Shown: one piece after another, positions 40,267 through 56,203 of the stretch
Numbering within the stretch: the stretch's first letter is position 1
Layout of the letters: each line of letters begins with the position of its first letter
Assembly (NCBI RefSeq): GCF_009914755.1
Contig: NC_060925.1
Source of the DNA: the human T2T-CHM13v2.0 reference genome, Homo sapiens
Length of the DNA stretch: 64,000 nucleotides
Strand: one strand, 5' to 3'
Program-made: the position numbers and the translations under genes
Notes under the pieces: model-generated
Seen by the model: the letters and a program-made list of their open reading frames with translations, nothing else
Told to the model about the DNA's origin: nothing
Databases searched by the model: none

Positions 40267-42881
40267 GGTACCCAATTCAGCCCTTGATGATTCTGAATTA
40301 TATATACTTCTTCTTCTCTCAACTGCTCTATAGAATTTTAGTATATTGGATTTACAATAATAATAATTAGCATTTATTAAGTTGTTGATATCTGCCAGAT
40401 ATGGTGCCAAATGTTTAACATATGTAATGTCACTTATGGTATCCCAAGAACTTCATTTTATAGACAAATCAACTAAGGTGCAAGAGTTAAATAAATTACC
40501 CTTCTTCCATAGTTTACCAAGCATAGAACTAGGATATGCATTCATATTTGCACAGGCTCAGATAACCAAAGCCTCAGATACATGGCCTCTACTACTGCTC
40601 TGTGAATCTCAGCCATATGAAATGGATAATATTCAAGCTTTTCAGAATTAAATATATATAAAGATCATATGATACGACTAATATTATTCTGCTATGCACA
40701 ATGTAGTTCCTCAACAACTGCTTGGGGTGATTTTAATGACATATCCTTAAAATTTCAAGTCAGATTTCCTCTCAGTAGCTCCCCTTCTTCACCATTATTT
40801 GTTATTCTTACACATCTTATTCCTTCTTTATTGTGACTGTTGAGACAGTCTACTGTGACATGAACCCATTTAATCTCAGGCCAATAGAAATCTGATTTCT
40901 TTTCTACCTATCAGTATTATTCTTTTTTAAAAATAGAAATTCCTGACTGTTGATTTACATGAATTTGTATAATCAACAGTAGGAACAAGTTAATTTACAC
41001 AAACATTAATAAAATAAAATAGAAACTGAAGCATTTCCAAGCCTTGTTCTGGTTCAGCTTTATTTTTCCTCCCTGGGTCTTTTTTAATAATACAGAGCCA
41101 TTCCATGCTTCCCTTTACCATTCTACAATTGCTAAGAAGTCACAGAAAAAAATATAATTGAACTCTTCGCTGTTTTTCAGTACACACGTAAGAGACATAA
41201 AATGGCAAATATACCAATTACACACTCAAATAATTATATATCTTTGCACAAAATTGCTTTAGCCACTTATGAACAGTTCCTGCAGAAACAAGTGGAAAAA
41301 TTAAGAAAAGAAGGGTTCCAAATCAAGTTCCACAGTTTAATAGATGTAAGATTTGGGGAAATAAATTTCTTCTCTTTGAACTTGAGTTAATTTTTGTGTA
41401 CCACGGGAGCCATTGTTGCTGGCTTAAACAGAGATTGCGAAAGACTGGATCATTCATTGCTTTATAAACCGCTAAACTCCATGCAAGGTAGTATTTTTCC
41501 CCCAGACTCTCAATTTATGTCCATCTATTTTGATTTTCTGATTTGTATCAAACTTATTGTTGATCTAACTTTAAGATCCAGAAATTGCCACCAGGTAGTT
41601 ATGAGGATTGCTCTAAACTTGAACTGGCAGATATTTGTATTTTGTGAATTCCCAAGTTAAACCTACCCTTGACTTTGTTAAGGTAGAACTATCTAAAGAT
41701 ACGAAGAATTTAATGAAACTTCACTCACAATTGATTTCTGAGCATACTATCATCTTTCTGAAAAAGATAGCTCATTTTTAAGCTAGTGTAGATTGAATAA
41801 CATTTTAAGAATATTTTTTAGTGACTGGATTAAACTTATCATCTTTAGAGACTAGTATCTACCTCATGAATTCTTTCAGCCTACACTTTTCATTTTCTTA
41901 GTGAAGGAAAACAACTCCTTGATAAGAGGTAAGAAATAAATGATTTTACAAATACAAAAAAAAGTTTTTTAATAAACTGTATTGTTGCATCAGTTTTGAA
42001 GCTGCTAATACACCACAGATACAGTTCCCTCTTGCTTTACCCAAGGGAAGAAGAGCTTTGAGTCCTTTTGTCACATGATGGATGTGAGTGATTTTCCTGA
42101 ACAAGCACTGCTTTTCTTTCCAGAAGAAGAACATAGTTAAGCATATCAACTTTGATACACCTCCTTAAACAATTTCAAATTGGGCACTGCCGCTTTAATA
42201 ACCCACACCTGGTTAAGATTCCAGTTCCATTGAATTCACACTGTGGTGATAAGCCCTGAACATCAGGCAGAGACATTAATGAGAACAATGCAATTAATCA
42301 CCAAATTGTGCTCAATTTCAATAACATAAAAATTTCTCTTACATTTTTTCTCTCCAGAAATAATATTGCATGTAGTAGAAAGATAAAGTTTCAATGATGA
42401 ACAACAAAAAAGTCCTTATATTAAAAAAAAAAAGCTAATAGCAGACCACATGAAGACAAGTGCATAAATCAAATATCTATACCATCTGTTATAGAAAATT
42501 TAACAGGAATTAAGTGACACACATTTCTAAAAATACATTGAAAAAACAGCATGCAAGAGCACATCCAAAGAATTAAATTTCTGAGGAGGAATATAAAAAT
42601 TTATTATCAATTAAAAAATCCTATCTCATTAAAGAAAAACAAATTTACAGCCAAACTTCTTGCCAGGTGAATCTACTCTTGTAAATATAAGACAATATAA
42701 CACACACAAAAAAAAACAAAAACAAAACAAACAAAACACTGGGTTAAATTTCCAGAGAGCTGGGTGTACCTGAGTCACTAATTAATTTGTGTGATGTAGG
42801 AAAAATCACTCAATCTTTCTAGGCCTGTCTCCTCACCTATAAAAAATAAAGCAGTGGGACAGAAAGTAAAGCAGAATTTAA

Positions 42882-43197
<316 letters not shown>

Positions 43198-44002
43198 CAG
43201 AGTTTAATTCTATGGCTTAAGGAATCTAGGTATCTGAAGGCTAGAAATTATAATAATTATTAATTTTTCTTATTCATCTGATTTCTGTGGAATTCTTAGT
43301 GACAGCAAGGGAACAACAACAAAAAAAGCACATTAGTAAAGATTTTTTTTTTTTCTGAACAGACTATTATTTCCTCACGGTGGTTAAACCCTGATGGACT
43401 ACTTGCATATATTCAATACATATGCAGGAGAGTTGATCCTTGTGCTATAACATTTGTGTAGTACACGGCTAGTTGTCTTGCAATTGACACAAAGTCTACA
43501 TATTTATGACTGAACATATTTCTGGAAAAGACGGTTCACTAAGGACTGTAATTTGAAAAACAGGTGCAATTAGCCCACCTGCAAAATTAGTTTATGTGCA
43601 CATTTCTGTAATAATAAAAACAAATTGGACATTTAGTTACTAGATATGCATTTTTGTAGTCTATTCTCTTTTATAATAACAAAAGAAAGAAAAGATTTTG
43701 CATGCATAATTTGGCATTCATATATGGTATAAACCCTGTTTTTCTCACTTACTTTGGAAACAGTAAGAAGGGCCACAGCTCATAGAATAAATAATATTTT
43801 GCGATTAAGAATGACTATGTTCATGCAATTTGCAGACTAGTTTACATGGTTGTATTCTGATTTTAATTTAACAGAGCCAAATCCAAATGAGTAAAAGTGG
43901 TGACTCATGTGGAAACTGGCTTTTGAGACATTTAAAATACAATTTAGAGCTTGAGTTTGATGCTGTAAAGTAAATTCATGCTATCTTGAATAGAACGTTT
44001 TG

Positions 44003-44339
44003 CAGTCAGGCATTGCATAAGGACATTATGGTCAATGATAGACCACATATGGGACAAAGATCCATAAGATTATAGCTCCATGTTCCTTGTCTATATTTAA
44101 ATATTATTAGATGGAAAAATACTTACCGTGATTTACAATGGCCTACGATATTCAATATAGTAACTTGCTCTACAGGTTTGTAGCCTAGGAGCAATAGGCT
44201 ATACCTTATAGCCTAGGCATGTAATAGGCTATATTATCTATGTTTGTGTAAGTACACCCTATGGTGTTTGCACAATGACAAAGTCACCTAAGGACACATT
44301 TCTCTGAACATGTCCCTTTCACTAATAAATACACAACTA
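44003..44339 (-). mobile_element. Tigger3a (MER7-type) non-autonomous DNA transposon
   Basis: cagtcaggcattgcataaggac TIR-like start and internal tacaggtttgtagcctaggagcaataggctatacc...tttgtgtaagtacac. Confidence 0.85.
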
Positions 44340-44499
44340 TTTTGTTTAGCTTAAGCAAATAGTATGTCAAGTGCTGTTAAATGTAAAACTGAAAAGACAG
44401 TAGCATTTGGTTGGCCACTAGATGTTATACACAATGCATTTTGCTAAATAACAACACCACAGTTCCTATATAATAGAGATAATACAATCTTTTGAGCAG

Positions 44500-44680
44500 A
44501 TGTTATAGGACAGTTAAGTAAAATAGCCACATCATGCCTGTGGAAAGATTTTGTTTTTACCATCTTACAAATAAGAAAATTGAAGATCAGAGAGGCTAAG
44601 GTATTTGCCTAAAGTGACGTAGCTGATAAATTTGGTATTGGGATTCAAGCCTGGGCAGTGGAGGCAATTGCTTTTCCATC
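44500..44680 (-). mobile_element. MIR SINE
   Basis: ccatcttacaaataagaaaattgaagatcagagaggctaaggtatttgcctaaagtgac...gggattcaagcctgggcag. Confidence 0.75.
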
Positions 44681-45475
44681 CAGCAAAATGTTAAAGGACT
44701 TCCAAATATTACAGAAATTATATATTGATTTAGAAGTATTTTTCTAACTCATTTTGTGGACTTTTTAATTCATGAGTAAAATCAGGAAATGAATTAACAA
44801 AATAATCTCATGATTTCTAGTTCTTTCTATTCTTAGTAAGTGGAGTGGGTGAGGACTGTAAGATGTGCATCCAGACTTCCTCCAATTGAGTAGCAGGCCC
44901 ACCTGCTGTTAAAGATGCTAGAGAAATATGTTGTAGAGGAATTAAAATTAATTTTGGAGGTCTGGTAGGTTAATGTCATGACTTACGTATTAACGTGTGT
45001 AACCTACCATCAATCTCAAATACATTTGAAGAAGAAATGAATTTGAAGAAATGAAAAAAAAAGCCTTTTAATAGGCATAATACCAGTGTTATAGCAAAAA
45101 TGTTTCCAATGGTCCAATTTTGAAATTAGTCATGATTTCTGAAGCAATGACTCTAATCACACCCACCTCAATTTTATTTCAAAAGAAAGAAAGAACAATA
45201 ATATCTTAGTGCTAACATAACATCAATACTGTGCATTTCTTTTTCTCTAGAAATAATCCTAACATTACTTTGATGACATCTAGAACTTTGAAGAAATTCA
45301 GAAAATGCCTTTGCTTAGATGTTTGCCAGTACTAATCATAGTTTTTTTTAATGCCCCTAACATGGTCCCATTGCTTTATTCTTGTTTGGCCTTATGTGAC
45401 AAGCCACAGGCAGATTATGATGTAATACAGTGTAGTAAATGTTATTAAAAGTGGTGAAATAAAATGCTGAGTGTG

Positions 45476-45794
<319 letters not shown>

Positions 45795-48222
45795 GAGTGT
45801 GAATCACAGTCATCGGTGCTTTACGTGTTTTTACAGGTGTAGGTCTTTTTCAGGAATTTCCTTAAGTTTAGTCAATTTTTAAATTAATTCTTAATAATTA
45901 TTTTAATATTCATTAAAATAGAAATAAGGACTATTTTAAAGGTCAACTTTGTCACTTTCCTCGCAAGGAGAGTAAGCACTGGGAATATCAGGTAACTGGG
46001 TCTCATAGCTTAGATAATGGGGTAAACCTTATAAACAGATCTTACAGTAGCAGAATATTTCTTAAAATATCTGGTATTTGTCCATCTTTTCATTTCTAAG
46101 TAGCTTATAAACTTTATGGAAGTGACCTCATTAACCAATTTACCATTTCTCAGAAGTAGGTTACAAGGTAAAGTATTTTAACTACTGCTTAAGACCAACT
46201 TCTGGGAAGTTTTTCCTTCTGAACTCTGACTCTGGGCCCTGGTTTATTTAAATAGCACAATGGTGAGTTCCAGGTTGTGATGAATAAATGGTAGGCCTTG
46301 AATGGGACATGAAACAAATTACTTGACTTTTGAAAGTGGTTCATTAGAACTTGTGCAGACTTGTTAATGGAAGGCCTTGAAGAGACCATTAAGTATATTT
46401 CTTTATTACTTTGCAACACAACACCTGAGCTAGCTCAGAAATATAATAACCTGTCTTAAAGAAATCTGTTAAGTTAATGTTTACAATACATTCTAGATTG
46501 CAAAATTTATGAGGGAAGATGATGTTGGTCTAACTTGCTTTCAGTAAGCATCCTGTTCATGTTTACTTAATATATGAATTAATAGATAAACAATGATAGT
46601 TTAAATGTATTGACAATACACTGTTTCAGGCATTATTCTATGAATATTGTGCATACACGTTCACTTAATTATCAGGAGCTAATAATAATTATTATTAATT
46701 AAAAGGAAGAAAACAAATTTTCTTGTGAAATTGATAATTTAAATGGTCAAACTTTTTTCAGAAAAGTTTTCCTTCTGCATGAGCAAAACCCTTTATGTTT
46801 TCTGTTTCTTGCTCTTTTAAGAATAAACATATAGAAATACTAAGGTAAATACATTAAATATTTCATGACTATAAGAAAATAAGGAAAAACACTTGGGAAT
46901 TTAATGTAAACATTTCTACAAAAACACAAATAAACTGTAAAGATAAAAAGCACAAGAATTGTTACTTTTACATAAAAATACCTTGTACATTTTATCATAG
47001 GTAATATAAATTTAGATGCATCCCCTTTAAATAATTCCATTTGTAAAAGATTTACAGTTTTAGAGCATGTGGTAGATATTTTAACATTATTGGGAAAATA
47101 AGATTTATATGCATAATAAAAGATGCAAATTCTTAATGTTGATCTGAGTTACAAGCAGAGACATACTTTTTACATATTTCTTCTCATTATGGATTTAAAA
47201 AAATAATTGTGGCAATTATTCAGAGACTTTCACAGCCTCTTCCATTTTAGTAACTGCATTTACCTTTGAATGTAGAATTCATCCGACCAGGGTCATAGTT
47301 TTCTTAAAAGAAGAACAGTCATAGTGCTGGAAAAAACACTAATGATAGTGGTAACACATTTAGGAATCCTAAAACTTACATAGTGTTTACTTACAGAAGA
47401 TGAAGGCCAGTATTTTTATCAAAAGATACTGTGTACTTGTCCCTGAATTGATTGTCAGTCTAGCAAAATAGAAACTTTGCATGTATTCTTGTCATAATCT
47501 TATTTTTTTCAAAGTCCTTCATCATCAGTTGGGTTTTTCTTTTGGCTTCATGCAGCACTGGAACCTCATTCTGTAAACCACTAGCTATGTGATCTTTAAA
47601 AAGACATCAGCATCTGACATAAATGGTTCCAAACAATTTGAGCAACAAAGCACATGCCACAAATAACTTATGTGCCTTTCCTTTCTAATAAAACCAAAAG
47701 CACTCACACGCCATCTTTGTCCCAAGAATGTCTTATTTGAGAGTAAAAGAATAGAAAGAACAATTGCCTTAACTTTTTTTCTTATTTGTAGTAAGAAGAT
47801 AAGAAATAATAATAATAATAGGACAGAGGTATTATTACCACCCGGTGCAAAATGGGGGCTATCACTCTAAAGAGTGAAATGGAAATGAAAACACTGTTTT
47901 AAAATTAAGTTTTATGTTGATAGCTATATTCTGCCAATCCATTAGTGTTGATAAAATAATTCTTAAATGTTTTTAGAGGCCTTGATAAAAAATTGAAATT
48001 TGCCAAAATGTTTCTCTCTTTTTCTCTTTGTTTCTCTCTCTCTCTCTGTCTCTCCGTCTGACCCCTATCCTTTTCTTATGAATCTGAAAATTTGCTGTTA
48101 CTCTGTTGGAATGGGGGTCCTGCTCCTTTGAAACTATATGGCATCCACTCTGAAAGCCAGTAAGTATTTGCAATAGAGTCCAATTCCATTTGAAGGAGTT
48201 GTTTTGTTTAGGCTCAAAGTAC

Positions 48223-48230
48223 TGACGTCA
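48223..48230. promoter_or_regulatory. Full palindromic CRE motif (TGACGTCA), function unproven
   Basis: Exact motif with retained CpG in unique, CpG-depleted sequence. Confidence 0.3.
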
Positions 48231-51200
48231 TTCTGAGCAATTTACAAAATGTGTACCCTGCTGTAAATGTTCAGTGTCAGTTCAAAAATTACATTTATAT
48301 GAAATGTTCAAATCAGCGTTGTAGTAGACACATTTTATATGAAGTTTTAAAATAACTTAAAAATATTCTCTTTCTATTACACAAAGAAAAAAATCATCAT
48401 CTATAATTCAATTTACAAAATAATTATTGAAACATTCATGAATATGCATTTATAGGCTGAATTTCTAACTTAAAGATTAGGTCTTTAACTGAGATCATGT
48501 TTTTCACATACAATCTGTGCTACTGGTGTAGTGATTGCTTTCTGGGTGTTATTACTAACTCCTTCCAAGAGAGAGCAGTAGTGAATTGCTTTATTTGTGC
48601 TGGCTATGTAGTTTTACTCAAAAGTACTGATTTTCATTTTCAACTTTATAACCTTTCAACCTATTGACCATGAAAAATGCTCTGACACAACATGACACAT
48701 ATAAATGTTTAAAGTCGAAAGGGTAATTATCTATATTCATAGTTAAAACTGTGCCTTCATTTCACAATAGAAACCATATGTTCACTCAAAACACTTTCAA
48801 TAGGTTAAATAACACCCAGATTAACCCTGAGTTAGTTTACTGGTTAAAATAATAACAGCATCTTCTTCCAATTCAGTAGTTCATTTATCATCTCTGATCA
48901 AGGCACTGGACATGAACTTTCAAGATTTAAAAGCTTAAGTTTAAAAAGAAAAAAGAAGCGAGAAAAAAGGCCTACAGATGTTTAAATATCCTCTTTCTTG
49001 ACCTTATCATGGTCTTATCTGTTCAGGTACTTAATATCAGCTTTGAGAGTTATTATTGAAAACTATATATTCAATTTTGTCTGATATTTAATAAAATAAA
49101 ACAATTTCTCTCTCAAGTCATGAAGGCAATAACTTGTAAATTTTTCCTTAGCACTGTACCATATGGAGAGCAATTTAGAACAATTATTGAATTTTTTTTA
49201 ATGCAAATTGCATTAGGCCTTGATCAGACCAGTGAGGTAGACCAGAATGAGGAAGGTGGACCTCTGTCAAGGCCAGGCTAGAACATCTTGCTTCACTGGT
49301 CAAGTGAGGGATTTTGTGAGACAAATATGTGAAATGAAACTTAACGTCACTTTCAAATAAACCAGCTTATATTTATATAGTCATCCTTACAATAATTGAT
49401 TATTCTGAAACTTTTAATCATTGCAGCAGAGAGTTACAAACAGAAAACAAAATTGTGTATTATAATAGTAATGAGAAGCCAAAGGAAAAAGACACTTTAG
49501 GGAAAAAAAAAAAAAAAGACCAAGAGGCAAATGACTTTTCAGCATGTGCCAGCTCTGGTCATGTTATGCTGGTTGCAAACCCCTCCGCACCATGCTTTGT
49601 AATGTCACAGTTCTTTGTCAAGCTGCAGAGGAGATCACCTCCAATGAACAGATGATCTACTGGGGGCTTCATCAAAAAGGACCTTTCTGCCTCTGTAGAA
49701 GTGACATATTTTTCCTTAATATTTTATTCAAGCCCCACTGGAAGCAGAGTAAAAGCAGAGTACGGAATAAACCACGAGACCTGTGGATGCTTGGTTGATA
49801 TACTTGTTCTGATCACAATATTATTATTTTTTATGATGATACAATTGCTTGGAATTGTCATTCCTCTATATAAAGATAATACAAAGGTATGGGAACTGAG
49901 GAGGACAGTATTCCCTTTGGATTTAAATAAGTTTCCATCTTTATAGGTAAGGGCATGAACTCTAGGAGGGAGCTTTGACTGAGTGCTTTTTCCCTTGAAA
50001 TAAAAAAGAAATACCTTTCTGCATATAAAAACCAGAAGTTCTACTTGTTAAAGAACAGCCTCTTTCTATCAATGGAAAAAAATAGTTTTCTAAAATTTTG
50101 CAGTTTTGCATCCATCACTGGCTGATATGCTCTAAACAAGTGAGAAAACCATTCACCCTTAGAAAAGCTGGCTGTCACCTAGTTTACGCTCTATATGTGA
50201 GTTTTCATATGTTCTCCTTATAAACCTGTACCATCATTTATGCATCATTTACCATAAAGATAGGACTTACTAATAAATCTCTTCTATAGAATGCTATAAA
50301 GTAATTTGAAGGTCTTTCATATTCAGTATCTCAAATGACTCTGCAGCCTTCATTTTGTCATAGTATAGATTATTTTGGATATGGTTTACTTGAGCCTTAC
50401 TGTTATTTATCAACAAGACTCTGAGTCTATGAATATAAAGAAAAATTCTTAGCATCTGCATGGGAGGAATACGCAAGGCTCTTGCCTCAGTTCCAGTTAT
50501 TGAAAGTTAACACCAAGGCAGCAAGGCTTTTAAAGCTATCTACACTCACAGTAAGTTCTCAGCAGTGGCTGCTAAAGCCCATGAATCCAGAGGTGGTAAA
50601 AAACATTTATGTTGCATTATCAGCTCAAAGTGACAAAAGGCAAGTTGCAGTGCCAGGGCGAGTGTTTCATTAAATTTTCCAGTGAGTTAGCACGTGGAAA
50701 AAAGAATTGATACATGGTTAACGCTAGCATGTGAAAGGCTGTGCTCTGCAGATCTAATAGATCCCAAATATAAGTAGTATCTACACTGATAGAAAGAAGG
50801 GTTGGAAAGAAGCAGTCAGAGAAGTTGTATCAGAGATGATTTACTCTTTTATTGGGTTTACTGTTATAATTTTGTTTTATGGACTAGAAAGAAATTAAAA
50901 GTTTTACAAGGAAAATGAGAGGTTATCACTCAACTTCTTTTGTTTTGTAACAAAACAAAACAAAAATTGGAAAAAGTAAGATAAGTTTAAACATTTATTA
51001 TCCTTTAGCAAGTTTGGTGTTCATTAAGGACACCTACCATGGTCAAAAAAATCAGCTAAGCAAGGGTAAAGTGTAGCATTTTTAGACCTAATTCAGCAGT
51101 CTTCAGACAACATTCTCTAAAGGTGCTGCTCACTTAGTTTTGCTCTTTCTGGACAATCAGAAACTTAACTATGATACTTCCATAATTTCATCTCTTATAT

Positions 51201-52431
51201 CCCTGGGTCCTATAACTCTGAATTTAATACAAACTCTATAGAGGTTTCTAATGAGAATTATGTATTGTAATGCATACCTTATTGAAACATAAATATATTT
51301 AATAGCTTAAATATAGCCTGTGAATTTCTGGTGTTGACGTCTATTTTCTTCTCACTGAATATCCAGGGACAAATCCCAACCAATGCAGCAGAAACTGACC
51401 TGACTTCTCTTGAATTGTTCTGCTGATTGTTTTGTTTGCTTTTCCTGACCTCATTCCTGTGTGCCATTTGGTTCTGGGTTCTTAGTCTTTGCAATGCAAA
51501 TGCCCAGTGTTAACTTTAAATGCAGTCAGTAAGGAAGCCTTGTTTCTTTCCAAAATGCTCCGAAAAAAAATGCTGGCTGTCTGCTTGACTTGTTAAATGG
51601 GAAACTGGTTTTTGTCTCTAAGTTGGCCCTGAAGCACTCTCTCCAGCCTGCTCTGTGATGTCTGTGTTCTTTTTCCAACTCTGAGGTGAGGAGAAGAAGT
51701 GATCTGATCCCCAGGGTGAAAGAAACACTTCCTTGTTGGAGACAAATGAAAACATATCTCCTGCTGAGGGGTGCCTTGTCATTTCTTATGTAACAACATT
51801 AAGCATGTTTCCGAGGAAAGGGGCTGGGATGTTAATGCTTAGCTACTTCATAGGCTAAGTCATCTGGGACAGAGTACATGTTTCGGGCACAAAGATGGGG
51901 GAAAGGTGTTGAAGTAAAAAGAAGTTGCGCAGGAATGTCAGAAACTACTTGCTTTTTAAATTACTCAGCATTTACTAAGCAACAACTTTCCATATGTAAT
52001 ATGATGAGTATGGCAGAGAATTAAAGATGAATTAGACCTAAAATCTTTATTCAGGGAGCTATGGGAGGAAAAAAAAAACTCAGATACATTAATAACTTTG
52101 GTACTAAGTAGAAAGACAGTCAGGGTCATTAGTGAGAAACTGGTTGGTGTCAACCAGGGTGGGGAGTAATAAGCAAAGACTTTCTGGAAGAAATGGCCTT
52201 TGATTTGGTCTCTAAAAGGTAAGAACCTGTGTGTGCAGAGGTAGGAGTTTGAGGGTCAAAGTGGTTTAGTGCTAAATGGCCTTGCACATATAATAGTATG
52301 TAATTATATTTGTTTAATGTATATTGGATGGAAAGAGGATAGTAGAAAATACGTTTTATAAAGTAAGTTTGAGAGAGATGGCATAAGGCTTTGAATACCT
52401 GGGAAAGGAATTTAAATTTTATTTTCTAGAG

Positions 52432-52628
52432 CAGGCTTTCTTAACTTTTAATCTCTTCCATCAGAATCTCCTGAAATGCTTCTTAAACAATCATTTTCAT
52501 ATTCATAGGCCTTACACTGAGCATCTCGATTACTAAACCGGTAACAATGGAGTTGGTATTCTGAATTCTGAATAAGTTTTTAACATATAAAAGTTATTAT
52601 TATACTCACTAAAGATTAAGAACTACTG
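52432..52628. mobile_element. MER5-type hAT-Charlie MITE inside an L2 remnant
   Basis: tctagagcaggctttcttaactt...catcagaatctcctg...ctaaagattaagaactactgatcta. Confidence 0.65.
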
Positions 52629-54519
52629 ATCTAAGGTGCATGGAGTCACTGAAAGTTTTCTTTTATTCAACAGTTAGAATAAAAACCTGAAGAGTGCTAC
52701 AAATGAGAAAACTATAGAAGTGATCGCTTTTCACTAGAACTAGTTATATGATCAATTAAGCTTTCTGTGCTTAATTTACTGTGCTTACACTAGGGGCTAT
52801 TGTGGGAAAACTCATAAACTTAGTTAAGCATATTATTACAAGTTGCAGATAATAAATGGTATAAAAATTCAAAGAAGGAAAATATTCGCAAGATAAGAAT
52901 AAGTTGATGAGGTGTCTGTGCTGTCAGGATTTAAGCTGAGCCTTGAAATATGATAGATTCTAGCAAGAATCATAATATCCCTATATTCTGTCAATGAAAG
53001 CACAGATGATCATTTGTTGAGACTTTTTCTTTCTAACATTAAACTCATGGCAGGAATTATCATGTGGACTCTCATAAAAGTGACATTGAGCAATATAGTA
53101 AACGACATCCTCAGCAATGGCTTGGCTAAAAGTGAGTAATGGTTGTGTGTGGCTATTCTTTATTTAGACTTTCAATGAAAATCAAGGCAAAACATTAAAA
53201 CACAACAAAGGCATCATTTGAGGAAGTCAAACTAATAAATCTCAGGGATTTCAACCTCTAGTAACTTTATTTAGAGGATGTGAGACTGAAGTCTGTGTTA
53301 TATAACCAAATAACAGATATTTTGTGTTACTGTTTACAGAAAGATCCATTCCCCCAAAAATTAAAATATCAGACAGTAACATTGACATTCCCTGTGCACA
53401 TCAGAAGTTTGTATGTGCACACTTAATGAAAGGAGGGTCCCACTTCAGCATTAGAATCCCAGTGTTTTTCCTTAAAAAAAATTTTAATACATTACCTTGG
53501 ACAACAATTCATTGAGCACAGGGTTCCATGTATAAGATAATTTATGTGGGCCTAAAATATTTTGGGAGCGTCAGATGTCTTATCCATAAGAGAAACCCAG
53601 TGTTAGGTCAGAATTGTTCCTGATTTTGAGCGGTGCTACAAGCTGATTGGCTCACCAGGATGAGTTGGGTATGAAACATACTCCTAAGTAATAGGATGGA
53701 TTGACTCGCTGGATGGAATTATTTAGTACTGTCCATTTTACTACCTGAGGACTCCTGCCAAAGACTACAATTTTAAATTTAGTGGAATTGATGTTAAGCT
53801 GTTCTGTCTGACAGTAATTAGCTAAAAGGTTTTATTGCTTCTTGAGGTTGCTCCTAGCTCATGATATAAAACCACGTATTCACTAGAGGAGAGGCCTTTT
53901 TGCTATGGCATACGGGCTGGTATCCAACTCATCTAGAAACAGAATCAAGCTATTTAAATGTAACTTAAAAGAGAAAAGGGGCTGTGCAACATAATCCTTT
54001 TAAATAACTGTTTAGAATTAGAATGAGATCAGTCCAGAGACTCTTCTCACTCTGCTGCTAGTGTGGCAATAATACTGTAATACAGGAAAAGAAGAAGCAT
54101 AAATATTCAAGGGTCTATGCTGAGATCAACATTTTAGCTTAAAAGGCAGTTCCTGCTTTCTCCCTGTCTGTTGCAGAAGAAACTGACACTCAGGAAGATG
54201 ACAACATTGCAGACACTGATGTTATTATTTCAAGCCCTACAATCATGAGCCAACAATAATTGTCCATGACTTTAACAAGCATGAAGTCAAATGCCGAGAG
54301 ATCACTGAAGGCTCTGAAGAGTCTTGCATTATTGTTAACTTGGCAAGATATAATAGTATAGAATGATCAGTAGTGTGAAAGTTTTTCTATAATGAACTGG
54401 TTCTAAGCTATAAGGCTGAGAAATGGCCCAGTTGAGGTAGCATTTTGAAGAGATAGCTGAAAAACTAGTGATATTTGAAGACAAAGCAAGATTCCAATGT
54501 TGAGGGTGGGGTAAGCTAC

Positions 54520-55187
<668 letters not shown>

Positions 55188-55915
55188 TGAGGGCTTAATT
55201 ACACCAAATAATCTGGAAAAGATTGGAACCTTCTGCTTCAGACAAAGTCTAGAGCACTGGCAGCTAACATTCTTTTCATGATGGTTTTTCAGCCTAAACT
55301 GACTAGCCAAATGTTTTCAGAACAGATATAGTTTCTGTATCCAAAAAGAAAATAAATCTGAGTTCTACAAAATAAGAATAAATATTAGACAGAAAAAAGA
55401 ATGGATTTTCTTAGTGGGTTATTAAAAATAATTGTAATTTTCTCATTTTTCCCATAGGATCATGTCATGAATGACATGCCAAAATATATATTGTTTTACT
55501 TGATAGTCTTCCTATATATATATTACACATATCATATATTATAAATATAATTATAAAATTTAAATTTATACATATATTTTTATATATTATATAACTTTCC
55601 ACTAATAATATAAAGTTTCCACTAAAATCTAATAATTTTCAAAAGTGACTTTATTAGGCAATTTGAATTTTTAAAAAAATTTGTGTGATTTCCTCTGAAT
55701 TGTAATTGAAATTTTATTATGCTCAAAATGTTGTTTAACTTGTGGACAAACTTTTTTGACTCTAAAGATAGATTGGTCAATTCCCTTCCATCAGGTATGA
55801 GACTATCGCCTTTGTCTACTTTGGTGCTATGTGGAGAATAAAGAAAAACTTCCTAGACAGAGTGTAGTAATACCTTCTTAATATTATATTTTTGTTTATA
55901 GAACCCTGGAGAACC

Positions 55916-56203
55916 AGCCAAGTGTGGTGGCTCACTCCTGTAATCCCAACACTTTGGGAGGCCGAGGTGGGCGGATCACGAGGTTAGGAGTTTGAGACCA
56001 GCTTGGCCAACCCCATCTCTACTAAAAATACAAAAATTAGCCGGTTGTGGTGGCACGTGCCTGTAGTCCCAGCTACTGCGGAGTCTTAGTCGGGAGAATG
56101 GCTTGAACCTGGGAGGTGGAGGTTGCAGTCAGCCAAGATCACACCATTGCACTCCAGCCTGGGTGACAGAGTGAGAGTCCGTCTCAAAACAAAACAAAAC
56201 AAA
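55916..56203 (+). mobile_element. Alu (AluSg-like) with small internal deletion
   Basis: Dimer lacking atggtgaaac. TSD aaccctggaga(a/c)cc. Confidence 0.94.

Noticed and set aside
47395-47459. Possible 65-nt minus-strand exon (tttctattttgctag ... TCT|GTAAGT)
   Set aside because: Two frames are open but neither peptide is recognisable, the exonic donor bases are weak and no partner exons were found.
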